The notes beneath the pieces were generated by a model. It was not told the DNA's origin. It saw nothing but the letters and a program-made list of their open reading frames with translations, and made no database searches. A DNA stretch of 24,000 nt from Virgibacillus sp. SK37 (GTDB taxonomy: Bacteria; Bacillota; Bacilli; Bacillales; Amphibacillaceae), in assembly GCF_000725285.1 (NCBI RefSeq), contig NZ_CP007161.1, positions 1,998,213-2,022,212 of the forward strand, given 5' to 3'. Of the stretch, positions 9,521 through 17,842 are shown in pieces. Both the position numbers and the translations under genes were made by a program. Each line of letters begins with the position of its first letter. The first letter of the stretch is position 1.

Positions 9521-10813
9521 TTGAAAACAACGATTTCACAATCACCACAATTTATAGACCAGACTGTAACTATTGGAGCATGGTTGGCTAATAAACGATC
9601 TAGCGGTAAGATTGCTTTTTTACAGCTACGTGATGGTACTGGTTTTATCCAGGGAGTAGTAGCTAAAAGTGATGTTAGTGAAGAAACGTTTCAGTTAGCG
9701 AAAAATATGAACCAGGAATCATCCATGTACATAACAGGGAAAATTGTAGAGGATACTCGTTCACCATTTGGCTATGAGATGCAAGTAAGCAGTATTGAAC
9801 TTATTCACGAGGCTAACGACTATCCAATTACACCGAAAGAACATGGGACAGAATTTTTAATGGATCACAGACATCTTTGGCTACGTTCAAAAAAACAACA
9901 TGCTGTAATGAAGATCCGTAATGAAATTATTCGTTCTACCTATCAATTCTTTAATGATAACGGATATGTAAAAATTGACCCGCCAATTTTAACCGGTTCT
10001 TCAGCAGAAGGGACTACAGAACTGTTTCATACAAAATACTTTGACGAAGAAGCATATCTATCACAAAGTGGACAACTGTATATGGAAGCTGCCGCAATGG
10101 CTTTTGGTAAAGTATTCTCTTTTGGACCAACATTCCGCGCAGAAAAGTCAAAAACGCGCCGGCATCTAATTGAATTTTGGATGATCGAGCCTGAGATGGC
10201 ATTTGTTGATCATAACGAAAGCCTTGAAATACAAGAACAATACGTTAGTTTCGTGGTTCAAAGCGTATTGGAAAATTGTAAGCTTGAATTGTCGGTATTG
10301 GAAAGAGATACAGCAAAACTGGAAAAAATAAAAGCACCATTTCCAAGGATTTCTTATGACCATGCCATTGAACTCTTAAAGGAAAAAGGATTTGACGATA
10401 TAGAATGGGGAGAAGACTTTGGTGCTCCACACGAAACAGCTATCGCCGAAAACTTTGATCAACCCGTTTTCATCACAAATTATCCTGCTGAAATAAAAGC
10501 ATTTTATATGAAGCCTGATCCGGACAGAAGTGAAGTTGTATTATGTGCAGACCTTATTGCCCCAGAAGGATACGGAGAAATTATTGGTGGTTCTCAGCGA
10601 ATTGATGATTTAGAATTAATGAAGGAAAGATATGAACAGCATGGTTTAACTGGCGAAGCATATGAATGGTATTTAGAATTAAGAAAATACGGCAGCGTAC
10701 CACACTCAGGTTTTGGCCTTGGACTGGAAAGAACAGTTGCATGGTTATCAGGAGTAGACCATGTCAGAGAAACAATACCGTTTCCAAGACTTTTAAATCG
10801 CTTATACCCGTAA
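9521..10813 (+). CDS. asnS: Asparagine--tRNA ligase (class IIb)
   Basis: OB-fold N-terminus, motif 2 [24 protein letters not shown], motif 3 [16 protein letters not shown] start with an AGGAGG SD. 430 aa, as in B. subtilis. Confidence 0.95.
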   Translation: MKTTISQSPQFIDQTVTIGAWLANKRSSGKIAFLQLRDGTGFIQGVVAKSDVSEETFQLAKNMNQESSMYITGKIVEDTRSPFGYEMQVSSIELIHEANDYPITPKEHGTEFLMDHRHLWLRSKKQHAVMKIRNEIIRSTYQFFNDNGYVKIDPPILTGSSAEGTTELFHTKYFDEEAYLSQSGQLYMEAAAMAFGKVFSFGPTFRAEKSKTRRHLIEFWMIEPEMAFVDHNESLEIQEQYVSFVVQSVLENCKLELSVLERDTAKLEKIKAPFPRISYDHAIELLKEKGFDDIEWGEDFGAPHETAIAENFDQPVFITNYPAEIKAFYMKPDPDRSEVVLCADLIAPEGYGEIIGGSQRIDDLELMKERYEQHGLTGEAYEWYLELRKYGSVPHSGFGLGLERTVAWLSGVDHVRETIPFPRLLNRLYP

Positions 10814-10831
10814 TTAATAATTACCTATGAT

Positions 10832-10861
10832 GGAATCCTCTGCTTTTAAGCAGGGGATTTC
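10832..10861 (+). terminator. Hairpin after asnS (possible weak terminator or attenuating structure)
   Basis: 12-bp stem ggaatcctctgc / gcaggggatttc with two G-U pairs and a 6-nt loop. No T-run follows, so intrinsic termination is doubtful. Confidence 0.35.
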
Positions 10862-10909
10862 ATCTGCTTATCCGCCATTTCGTGATATACTAAGAATGAG
10901 GTGTTCTTT

Positions 10910-11587
10910 GTGACAAAATACGTTTCTTTTCAACAAATTATAAAAGATCAATTAAACGTCCCTGTTCAGCTTTTAACTTCGTATGTCAAATTAGGGTTGA
11001 CGGAGACGGATATGGTGCTAATACTGCAGATTCATCGTTTTGCACTTGAAAACAACAATTTCCCTACCCCTGATGAACTTTCAGCACACTTAAGTATCGA
11101 TGAAAAGGAATGTGCTAACATTTTGCGTAAGCTTATTCAAAAAGATTTATTGCTAATTGAACAACTGAAAAATAGCAAGAATCAACTTACTGAAGCATAT
11201 AGCCTTAACCCCCTGTGGGAAAAGTTATTTAAAGAAGAAGAAGTGGAGGAGAGGCATGAAGACGGTACGATTTTCATCCTCTTTGAACAGGAGTTTGGCA
11301 GGCCGTTATCCCCGTTTGAAATAGAAACAATTAATACATGGCTTGATCAAGATGAATTACCTGCTTCACTAATAAAAGCCGGTCTAAGAGAATCTGTGTT
11401 GATGGGGAAATTAAATTTCAAATATATTGACCGTATACTTAGAGAGTGGAAGAAAAAAGGAATACACACGGTTGAACAGGCAAGAGAAGCCAGCAAGAGT
11501 TTTCATTCCGCAACAAGGGGTCCAAAAGAGCAAACCAAAAAAAGAGATACATCCTTTTACTATAACTGGTTAGAGGGGGAGGATTAG
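10910..11587 (+). CDS. dnaD: DNA replication initiation / primosome protein DnaD
   Basis: Collinear with the recalled B. subtilis DnaD (FPTPDELS..., YSLNPLWEKL, FEQEFGRPLSPFEIETINTWLDQD, KFKYIDRILREWKKKGIHTVEQA, FYYNWLE). The track start is GTG 10901. In-frame GTG 10910 has better spacing (6 nt) to the GAGGTG SD. Confidence 0.9.
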   Translation: MTKYVSFQQIIKDQLNVPVQLLTSYVKLGLTETDMVLILQIHRFALENNNFPTPDELSAHLSIDEKECANILRKLIQKDLLLIEQLKNSKNQLTEAYSLNPLWEKLFKEEEVEERHEDGTIFILFEQEFGRPLSPFEIETINTWLDQDELPASLIKAGLRESVLMGKLNFKYIDRILREWKKKGIHTVEQAREASKSFHSATRGPKEQTKKRDTSFYYNWLEGED

Positions 11588-11588
11588 T

Positions 11589-12236
11589 ATGTTAAATAAA
11601 ACTCAAATAAGGTTTTGTTTAGATGAAATGGAAAAAATGTTCCCCGAAGCAGCATGTGAATTACAGCATAGTAATCCATTTGAACTGGTAATTGCTGTTT
11701 TATTATCTGCACAATGTACAGACGTACTTGTAAATAAAGTGACTGAGGGATTATTTGAAAAATATAAAACCCCTGAAGATTATTTAGCTGTATCTCTTGA
11801 AGAATTACAAATGGATATTAAATCAATAGGCCTATATCGAAACAAGGCAAAGAATATTCGAAAGTTATGTGAGGTTCTTTTGGAGGAGTATAATGGAGTA
11901 GTACCTAATACAAAAGAAGAGTTAGTAAAGCTTGCAGGTGTAGGGCGAAAAACAGCCAATGTTGTGGCCTCTGTAGCTTTTGATGAACCAGCTATTGCAG
12001 TTGATACTCATGTGGAGCGTGTATCGAAACGACTTGGAATATGTAGATGGAAAGATTCTGTCATTGAAGTAGAAGAAACATTAATGCGTAAAGTCCCCAA
12101 AGAAGAGTGGAGTGTAACACATCATCGCATGATCTTTTTTGGAAGATATCACTGTAAGGCAAGGAATCCTAACTGCTCAGAATGTCCGCTATTAGTTGTC
12201 TGTCGAGAGGGTCAAAAAAGAATGAAAAAGCGTTAA
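11589..12236 (+). CDS. nth: Endonuclease III (DNA glycosylase/AP lyase, HhH-GPD with 4Fe-4S cluster)
   Basis: HhH LAGVGRKTANVV, VDTHVERV, C-terminal CKARNPNCSECPLLVVC (C-x6-C-x2-C-x5-C). Starts 1 nt after the dnaD stop. Confidence 0.94.
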   Translation: MLNKTQIRFCLDEMEKMFPEAACELQHSNPFELVIAVLLSAQCTDVLVNKVTEGLFEKYKTPEDYLAVSLEELQMDIKSIGLYRNKAKNIRKLCEVLLEEYNGVVPNTKEELVKLAGVGRKTANVVASVAFDEPAIAVDTHVERVSKRLGICRWKDSVIEVEETLMRKVPKEEWSVTHHRMIFFGRYHCKARNPNCSECPLLVVCREGQKRMKKR

Positions 12237-12257
12237 TGATAAGTTAATTATTATAAC

Positions 12258-12292
12258 AAAGAGGTAAACGCCTAATTGGCGTTTACCTCTTT
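12258..12292. terminator. Bidirectional terminator between convergent nth and ponA
   Basis: Perfect 15-bp stem aaagaggtaaacgcc (12258-12272) / ggcgtttacctcttt (12278-12292), 5-nt loop. A-run on the left and T-run on the right serve both strands. Confidence 0.85.
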
Positions 12293-12301
12293 TAAACTAT
12301 C

Positions 12302-15031
12302 TTATTCTTCGTTTTGCCCTTCTTCTCCAGATTCTTCTTCATTGCCTCCATTATCCTGTTCTTCCTGAGAATCTTCATTTCCATTCGTTTCTTCATTTTG
12401 GCTCTCTGGTACAGTAAGTTGTGTACTTTTCGGCTCACCCTTCACCCCTTGGTTTGCACCTTCTTTCCCAATAGGTGTTACCTGAATAGTGTAAGATTGA
12501 CCAGGAGAGGCACCTGATATCTCTATTCCATTCGATTGAACCGATTGTGTTTGACCGTTTACGGATACTTCAAAGGAAGCAGGCGGACCATTGTAATTCC
12601 AAGAAACATCAATGATGGAATTTCCTTCGTTATATTTTGCGCTTAGTCCACTCACAGCAGGAATATCTTCAGCATTTTCTTCCTCTTCATTTTCCTCCGT
12701 GTCTTCATCTTCCTCTTCTTCGCCTTCGTCCGTTATTTTGATGCTTGTAGTCACAGGTTTACTCTTCATGGAACTAGATTCACTGCTTACCGCGACAACC
12801 TGGATTGTATATTCAGCAGCTTGCTCTACTTCTGAAATCTGTATAGATTGATCTTCTGTAGATGAGAGACTTTGCATTTCTCCTCCATCAACACTTGTGC
12901 TAACTTCAAAATTTACTTCTTCATCTGAATCATAATTCCAATTAACATCAATCGTATTGTTATCTTTATCGTACGTTGCTTTTAAGTCGCTGACAGGATC
13001 CAGTTCATCGAATTTCTCGGATGTTTTCTTTGGTTCTGTTCCCTTTACAAACAATTCCTTTACTATTTGAGAACTTGGCGTATAGTCACTTGGTAATCTT
13101 GCTGGTTGTGAGCCTTTTTCTACACCTACTTCAACAACAGAGTTAGGTTTTTCAAAATCGGCTGTTTCTTTATCTTTGGAAATCTCTGTCATTGTATTTT
13201 TAAATAAAGCATGTGGTATTTTGGTATCTGGTAATGTTTTATTGTAATCATTATAACCGGTCCATATAGATATCGTATAATTTGTTGTATACCCACTAAA
13301 CCATGAATCTGGACTGCCTTCTAATTCTGTGTGGTTTGTAGTACCTGTTTTTCCGGCTACGTGGAGTCCTGGAATGTTTGCCTCTTTTCCTGTTCCTTCA
13401 GTCATTACACTTTTCAACATATCTGTTACCATGTATGCTGTGTAATCAGACATTGCAGCCTCAGGTTTAGGTTGTAACTCAACTACCTTACCATCCGGAA
13501 ATTCAACTTTCGTTACAGCATATGGTTCATTATAGATCCCTTCATTACCAAATGCTCTGTAGGCACCAGCTAATTGAAGAGGGGAGACTCCGGTACCTGT
13601 CCCGCCAATAACATCACGAATATCTATCTGGTTATTGTCAAATTTATATCCAAGACCTTCTCCGAATTCTTGTGCTTTATCAAGACCTGTTTCTTTTGCT
13701 AATTTAACAGCAGGCACATTCAATGACTGAGCAAGAGCATACCTTGCCGACATCCAACCACCATATTGTCTATTCCAGTTCCTTATTGGAGTTTCAACAC
13801 CTTCATCATATGGCTTGTCATCATTAATTTGATGATAGGTGGATATCTTATCATATTCAATTGCTGGTCCATAAGATAAAATAGGTTTTGCCGTGGATCC
13901 AGGCTGTCTGTTTAAATCAATGGCATAATTTAATCCGCCAGCCTTTTCACTGCGATTACCTCCAATTGAACGTATTGCGCCAGTTTTGGTGTCAAGAACT
14001 ACCATACCCGCCTGCATTTCGTCATCGGGATAGGAAATAGGACTATTTGCTTTATCTTTTAATAAAAATTCAACGTGTTCCTGGATGTTTTTATCCAATG
14101 TTGTGTGAATTTTTAAGCCATCTGTATCGATGTCTGCTCCATCTAACTTTTCACTTACTTCTTTTCGGACTTGATCTAGAAAAGCATCATATTTAATGGA
14201 GTCTGGCTTGGACTCATTCAATAAAGACGGAATATCCACTTTTCGCGCTTCATCTGCTTCTTCCTGAGTTATTTTATTATGTCTGACCATTAACGTCAGG
14301 ACAGTATTCATTCGTTTCTTTGTTAGATCAGGATTTTTAAACGGATTATATGCTGTTGGTCTCTGTGGAAGACCAGCTAAAATTGCTGCTTCAGGAAGAG
14401 TCAGCTCACTTAGATCTTTCTTGCCAAAATAAACATCAGCTGCTCTTGCTACACCATATGCATTACTTCCATAGAATATCTTGTTTAAGTACATTTCCAA
14501 TATTTCTTCTTTGGAATACTTTCTCTCAAGCTTCAATGCAAGCCATTGTTCCTGTACTTTTAATCTAATCTTTTTTTCAGGTGAAAGGAAGGATTTTTCT
14601 ACAACCTGCTGGGTTATTGTACTAGCACCTTCAGAACCAAATCCATTTGTGAAGTTTGCGATAACAGCTCCACCGATTCTCCGTAAATCAATACCAGCAT
14701 GTTCAAAAAATCTCGCGTCCTCCGTAGCAGTTACTGCATCGACTAAAATTTGTGGTAAATCATCATGTTCGATTTTTGTCCTTTTTTGGTCACCAGGTGT
14801 AGCGAAAACATCACCATCTTTATCTAATACCTGGGAAGCAAGGGGATCGGATAATTTTGAAGCATCAATATTTGGGGCAGTTACGATCCAGTAAGTGCCT
14901 ACTGCTGCCACTCCCACACCAATTGCTAAAACAAATAGCAAAGTAGCAATTAATATTTTTTTCCATATCGGTTTATTTTTTGTTTTCTTTTGTTTTCTTC
15001 GTGCTGTACGAGTTTGGCTGTTATCTGCCAT
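12302..15031 (-). CDS. ponA: Class A penicillin-binding protein PBP1 (GT51 transglycosylase + transpeptidase) with two C-terminal FN3-like modules and acidic low-complexity segments
   Basis: Basic cytoplasmic N-terminus plus a TM helix. GT51 motifs EDARFFEH, GASTITQQ, RKYSKEEILE. Transpeptidase motifs STAKP (SxxK), SLN (SxN), KTGT. GGAGG SD upstream. Lies 17 nt downstream of recU, as in the B. subtilis recU-ponA operon. Confidence 0.95.
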   Translation of the reverse strand: MADNSQTRTARRKQKKTKNKPIWKKILIATLLFVLAIGVGVAAVGTYWIVTAPNIDASKLSDPLASQVLDKDGDVFATPGDQKRTKIEHDDLPQILVDAVTATEDARFFEHAGIDLRRIGGAVIANFTNGFGSEGASTITQQVVEKSFLSPEKKIRLKVQEQWLALKLERKYSKEEILEMYLNKIFYGSNAYGVARAADVYFGKKDLSELTLPEAAILAGLPQRPTAYNPFKNPDLTKKRMNTVLTLMVRHNKITQEEADEARKVDIPSLLNESKPDSIKYDAFLDQVRKEVSEKLDGADIDTDGLKIHTTLDKNIQEHVEFLLKDKANSPISYPDDEMQAGMVVLDTKTGAIRSIGGNRSEKAGGLNYAIDLNRQPGSTAKPILSYGPAIEYDKISTYHQINDDKPYDEGVETPIRNWNRQYGGWMSARYALAQSLNVPAVKLAKETGLDKAQEFGEGLGYKFDNNQIDIRDVIGGTGTGVSPLQLAGAYRAFGNEGIYNEPYAVTKVEFPDGKVVELQPKPEAAMSDYTAYMVTDMLKSVMTEGTGKEANIPGLHVAGKTGTTNHTELEGSPDSWFSGYTTNYTISIWTGYNDYNKTLPDTKIPHALFKNTMTEISKDKETADFEKPNSVVEVGVEKGSQPARLPSDYTPSSQIVKELFVKGTEPKKTSEKFDELDPVSDLKATYDKDNNTIDVNWNYDSDEEVNFEVSTSVDGGEMQSLSSTEDQSIQISEVEQAAEYTIQVVAVSSESSSMKSKPVTTSIKITDEGEEEEDEDTEENEEEENAEDIPAVSGLSAKYNEGNSIIDVSWNYNGPPASFEVSVNGQTQSVQSNGIEISGASPGQSYTIQVTPIGKEGANQGVKGEPKSTQLTVPESQNEETNGNEDSQEEQDNGGNEEESGEEGQNEE

Positions 15032-15048
15032 AGCTCATTCCTCCGTCT

Positions 15049-15639
15049 CTAAAAATAAAGCTTATCTATTGTAGCTAAGTAATCAATTCTTGCTTGATAA
15101 TGAAAAGGAATCAGATACCCTTCCTTTGCTATTACACTATATGGGATGGATTTTTTTCCTCCAGCTAGCATTTCTCTCCAATAATAAAAAAGCTTTTCGG
15201 CTTCTAGGAGATATGTTTCGTGATACATGGAAAACCGAATGAGGAGAAAACATATTCCGCCATGGTCGGTTACTGATTTCATATGTTCCATTTGATGTTC
15301 GTGAATGTTTGCCAGGGGAAATAATGTTTTATTTCTTGTTTCTTTTGCCTCGAAATCAATGTGTTTATTTTTATAAACTCCGTTATAATCGGTTGTTGAA
15401 GCCTGTTTGAAATATGCCTCAGTAATTACAGCAGCACTTCGTTTAGGATAATTCACTTTAACTATTTGCACAGGGGTAGGCTTTTTATGAATTATAGCTT
15501 TATTACTTTCCAGATAAAATTTATTAGTAGCATTGATGTCTTCTTCTAGTGTCATTCCACGGTTACTAAACACATTTCCCATCTTAGCTTGTATCGTATT
15601 ATGAGATGTGTTAAGTCTCTTTCCATTTGGATACTTCAA
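15049..15639 (-). CDS. recU: Holliday junction resolvase RecU
   Basis: KYPNGK..., NRGMTLEEDIN, IHKKPTPVQIVKVNYPKRSAAVITEAYFKQASTTDYNGVYK, IDFEAKET closely track the recalled B. subtilis RecU. TTG start with a GGAGG SD 8 nt upstream. Confidence 0.93.
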   Translation of the reverse strand: MKYPNGKRLNTSHNTIQAKMGNVFSNRGMTLEEDINATNKFYLESNKAIIHKKPTPVQIVKVNYPKRSAAVITEAYFKQASTTDYNGVYKNKHIDFEAKETRNKTLFPLANIHEHQMEHMKSVTDHGGICFLLIRFSMYHETYLLEAEKLFYYWREMLAGGKKSIPYSVIAKEGYLIPFHYQARIDYLATIDKLYF

Positions 15640-15765
15640 ACATGTTTCCTCCTTGATATTACTGTATCACACTATAAGAGCAGATGAGTGATAATAAATT
15701 AGAAGTATAAACTTCCTTCCTTATACAGATAGTTAAATATAAACGCTAATAAAGGAAGAGAAGAA

Positions 15766-16722
15766 ATGAATCTATCACTGCAGGATATTAATCATCTTCA
15801 TTATATAACAAAAATGACAAGGAAGCATAATACGGACAACATATCTCGTACAAAAGCCTATTTAAATTACTATTTCGCACATCCGGAAATCAAATGGTCA
15901 TTTCTTGCTAGTATGGTCTCAAGGAATGCTGGTTATAACATGACCGATTTATGGCTTCCACCATTTATCAATATGTTAAATGAAAAGGAACGTACCCGCA
16001 TGTTTATAACTTATGAACGTGCTAATTGGCTTATATTCTCTGATGCCTATCCTCAGTTACTGACATATGAGCTCTCCTCTTTTTTAAACAAACCAATGTT
16101 TTATTTGTTAAAAAACTTCCATGTTTCACAATTTATGATTAATGAATGGGAAAGTTTCTGGAATACCAACAACGTTAATCGATTGGTAAGAGCGTTAATT
16201 GTAAATGAACAAAATGTGATACAAGCTCCTGTAATAAAGCAGTCTTTTTTCCGTAAGCATGTATTTACCAGTTTACCTTATTTACTCCAGGATTTTTTAA
16301 TGATGAATGCTGCAGTTTTTCCTACATTTTCAGGTGTCTTATACGGTATCTATGTGCATGACTTCTCGAACGTGTCTAAAAGAATTAGGATAGGTAAACA
16401 ATTAGCCACCATTCTTTTTACACCAAGTATCTATCACCAAGTAATCAATTTTGCAAAGAAGTGTGAGCATACAGGATCAAGAATGGATTATGAGCAATTT
16501 ATTAATGTGAATTTGCCTGTTGCTCCATTGTTGAGATCGGTTTATCCAGTAATTGAACATCAGGATATCATTCGTCGAGATTGGTTTAATTGGGTCGGTA
16601 TAAAGAAAAAATGGTTGGAAGAAGAGAACGTGGAAGTAAAGGAGATTGGTAAATCCTTTTATCGAAAAAGAGCAATGTTGTATGCTTATTACCATCTAAA
16701 ACAAACAGTCAAACATCAATAA
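15766..16722 (+). CDS. yppC: Conserved protein of unknown function, YppC-like (I believe DUF2515 family)
   Basis: 318-aa ORF with an AAGGAAGAG SD, divergent from recU exactly where B. subtilis has yppC (about 320 aa). Conserved-looking blocks: SRNAGYNMTDLW, YERANWLIFSDAYPQL, NEQNVIQ. The family assignment is from memory and was not searched. Confidence 0.65.
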   Translation: MNLSLQDINHLHYITKMTRKHNTDNISRTKAYLNYYFAHPEIKWSFLASMVSRNAGYNMTDLWLPPFINMLNEKERTRMFITYERANWLIFSDAYPQLLTYELSSFLNKPMFYLLKNFHVSQFMINEWESFWNTNNVNRLVRALIVNEQNVIQAPVIKQSFFRKHVFTSLPYLLQDFLMMNAAVFPTFSGVLYGIYVHDFSNVSKRIRIGKQLATILFTPSIYHQVINFAKKCEHTGSRMDYEQFINVNLPVAPLLRSVYPVIEHQDIIRRDWFNWVGIKKKWLEEENVEVKEIGKSFYRKRAMLYAYYHLKQTVKHQ

Positions 16723-16822
16723 AGTAAATATATATAATTCCAGTACACGGAAGCTTCAACTTAAAGGTATTAAGAGCACTGACATACGAAACTGGGAAAA
16801 ACGATTTATACATTTTATAAAC

Positions 16823-16856
16823 AAGAAAAGGATCTGCCATAGCAAATCCTTTTCTT
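16823..16856. terminator. Bidirectional terminator between convergent yppC-like and sspM-like genes
   Basis: Stem aagaaaaggat (16823-16833) / atccttttctt (16846-16856), extendable inward with one mismatch to a cata loop. A- and T-rich flanks on both sides. Confidence 0.75.
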
Positions 16857-16867
16857 TTCTTCTATTA

Positions 16868-16972
16868 TTAAGTGGAAGGACGATTCGGGCCAGCTAACTT
16901 TTTGTCTCCATGTTTAAGCGACTTTGATTGAATGGTTTCTGCTGTTTTATCAGGCTTTTGTTTTTTACTCAT
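16868..16972 (-). CDS. sspM: Small acid-soluble spore protein, SspM-like (34 aa); below the ORF-track cutoff
   Basis: The minus-strand ORF encodes MSKKQKPDKTAETIQSKSLKHGDKKLAGPNRPST. It has the same length and the C-terminal DKKLxGPNRPST signature I recall for B. subtilis SspM. Strong SD AAGGAGGG 7 nt upstream and a terminator downstream. Position next to yppC matches B. subtilis. Confidence 0.75.
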   Translation of the reverse strand: MSKKQKPDKTAETIQSKSLKHGDKKLAGPNRPST

Positions 16973-16994
16973 AAATAAACCCTCCTTTTGTGTG

Positions 16995-17024
16995 TAGTAT
17001 GTCTCAATATGGAAGAAAAAATGA
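16995..17024 (-). promoter_or_regulatory. Candidate forespore (sigma-G/F type) promoter for the sspM-like gene
   Basis: The minus strand reads TCATT-N18-CATACTA. The -10 matches the sigma-G CATnnTA consensus exactly. The -35 matches GHATR at only 3 of 5 positions. Confidence 0.35.
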
Positions 17025-17121
17025 AATAAATCACTTGTTTTGTAAGCTTTCTTCTACTTTTGTCGAAGCAGAAGGTTTAACCAAGGCCGATCGCGAATTA
17101 ATATAAAAAAGCAAGGAGAGG

Positions 17122-17352
17122 GTGGGGAAAATGGGTTTAGCCATGTTAAAAAATGATCGAACAAGGAATGGTATAGATAAAAAAGGGACCGAAGAATCAT
17201 TGCAACATATGTTAGATCAATTACGTTTGTTGGATCAAAAATTAACGACAAGCATAGATAGTGAGGTATGGAGTTGTTTTCAAGCACATTATAAAGAAAT
17301 AAGCAAAACAAAAAAATTTATTAGAGATACAATAGAATGTTATCATGATTAA
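17122..17352 (+). CDS. Small hydrophilic hypothetical protein (76 aa; positional equivalent of B. subtilis yppD)
   Basis: AAGGAG SD upstream. Possible starts are GTG 17122 and ATG 17131. The sequence is charged and helical-looking (EESLQHMLDQLRLLDQKL...). It sits between sspM and yppE, as yppD does in B. subtilis. I do not recall the YppD sequence, so this call rests on position only. Confidence 0.5.
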   Translation: MGKMGLAMLKNDRTRNGIDKKGTEESLQHMLDQLRLLDQKLTTSIDSEVWSCFQAHYKEISKTKKFIRDTIECYHD

Positions 17353-17419
17353 TGCTATTTAAAACATAAAATGGTAAAGTAAAGAAAAGAAGAATTCTAT
17401 AAAGGACGGCTAAACGTAT

Positions 17420-17770
17420 ATGGATTTACAAGATATAACTAAAACACTAAAACATCATTTAATACTTCTGAAAAACAAATATGAGATGAACGAGCCTCCT
17501 GCTAGCATGAGGGACAAATCATTCTTTCAGCAGGTCAAGGAAGAAACAACCCCTATATATGATTTACTTGAAGAGTGGGAGGCATTAGGTTTGCAAACTG
17601 TCAAAGAAAGGAAAGTGAATGTACACCCACACCAAATTACATCCACGAAGGAAAATATGGAATTGCTCCTCATGCATAGCTACTATGTCGATGTTAAAAG
17701 GAAAAGATATATGGAACTTTACAATTCAATCACTTATATCTTTGATCAACTTATAGAGGAACTTCAATAG
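17420..17770 (+). CDS. yppE: YppE-like protein (I believe DUF1798 helical-bundle family), function unknown
   Basis: 116-aa ORF with an AAGGA SD. Size and position match B. subtilis yppE (123 aa). Helical sequence with a conserved-looking segment FFQQVKEETTPIYDLLEEWE. The family call is from memory. Confidence 0.6.
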   Translation: MDLQDITKTLKHHLILLKNKYEMNEPPASMRDKSFFQQVKEETTPIYDLLEEWEALGLQTVKERKVNVHPHQITSTKENMELLLMHSYYVDVKRKRYMELYNSITYIFDQLIEELQ

Positions 17771-17784
17771 ATGGTTGAAACCGC

Positions 17785-17813
17785 TTTACATTCACTTTGA
17801 TTTCGCATATAAT
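17785..17813 (+). promoter_or_regulatory. Sigma-A type promoter for cdd
   Basis: TTTACA (17785-17790), exactly 17 nt spacer, TATAAT (17808-17813). Lies 30 nt upstream of the cdd ATG, with a GAGGAGG SD in between. Confidence 0.6.
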
Positions 17814-17842
17814 ATCTTTCCACACGTTGAGGAGGAATATAG

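Noticed and set aside
8696-10430. Antisense track ORFs inside aspB and asnS (8696-8950, 10014-10202, 10166-10363, 10245-10430, all minus)
   Set aside because: They are shadow ORFs within genes that carry unambiguous aminotransferase and class II aaRS motifs.
12314-12851. Plus-strand track ORFs 12314-12517 and 12612-12851, the latter with a poly-Ser run, and the GAA/GAG-rich DNA as a possible tandem repeat
   Set aside because: They are the reverse-complement reading of the poly-Glu/Asp linkers of ponA (TTC/CTC read as Ser/Phe/Leu). The DNA is codon-level low complexity, not a unit-length tandem repeat or CRISPR-like array.
14350-14894. Plus-strand track ORFs 14350-14568 and 14481-14894
   Set aside because: They lie antisense to the GT51 transglycosylase domain of ponA, have no SD and show no recognisable fold signature.
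16477-16695. Minus-strand track ORF 16477-16695 inside the yppC-like gene
   Set aside because: It is nested antisense within a longer ORF that has an SD and conserved context. It has no independent support.
17054-17311. Minus-strand 85-aa ORF overlapping the 76-aa plus-strand ORF
   Set aside because: It has no SD, and its translation is hydrophobic and aromatic-rich, typical of an antisense frame. The plus-strand ORF has AAGGAG and fits the yppD position.
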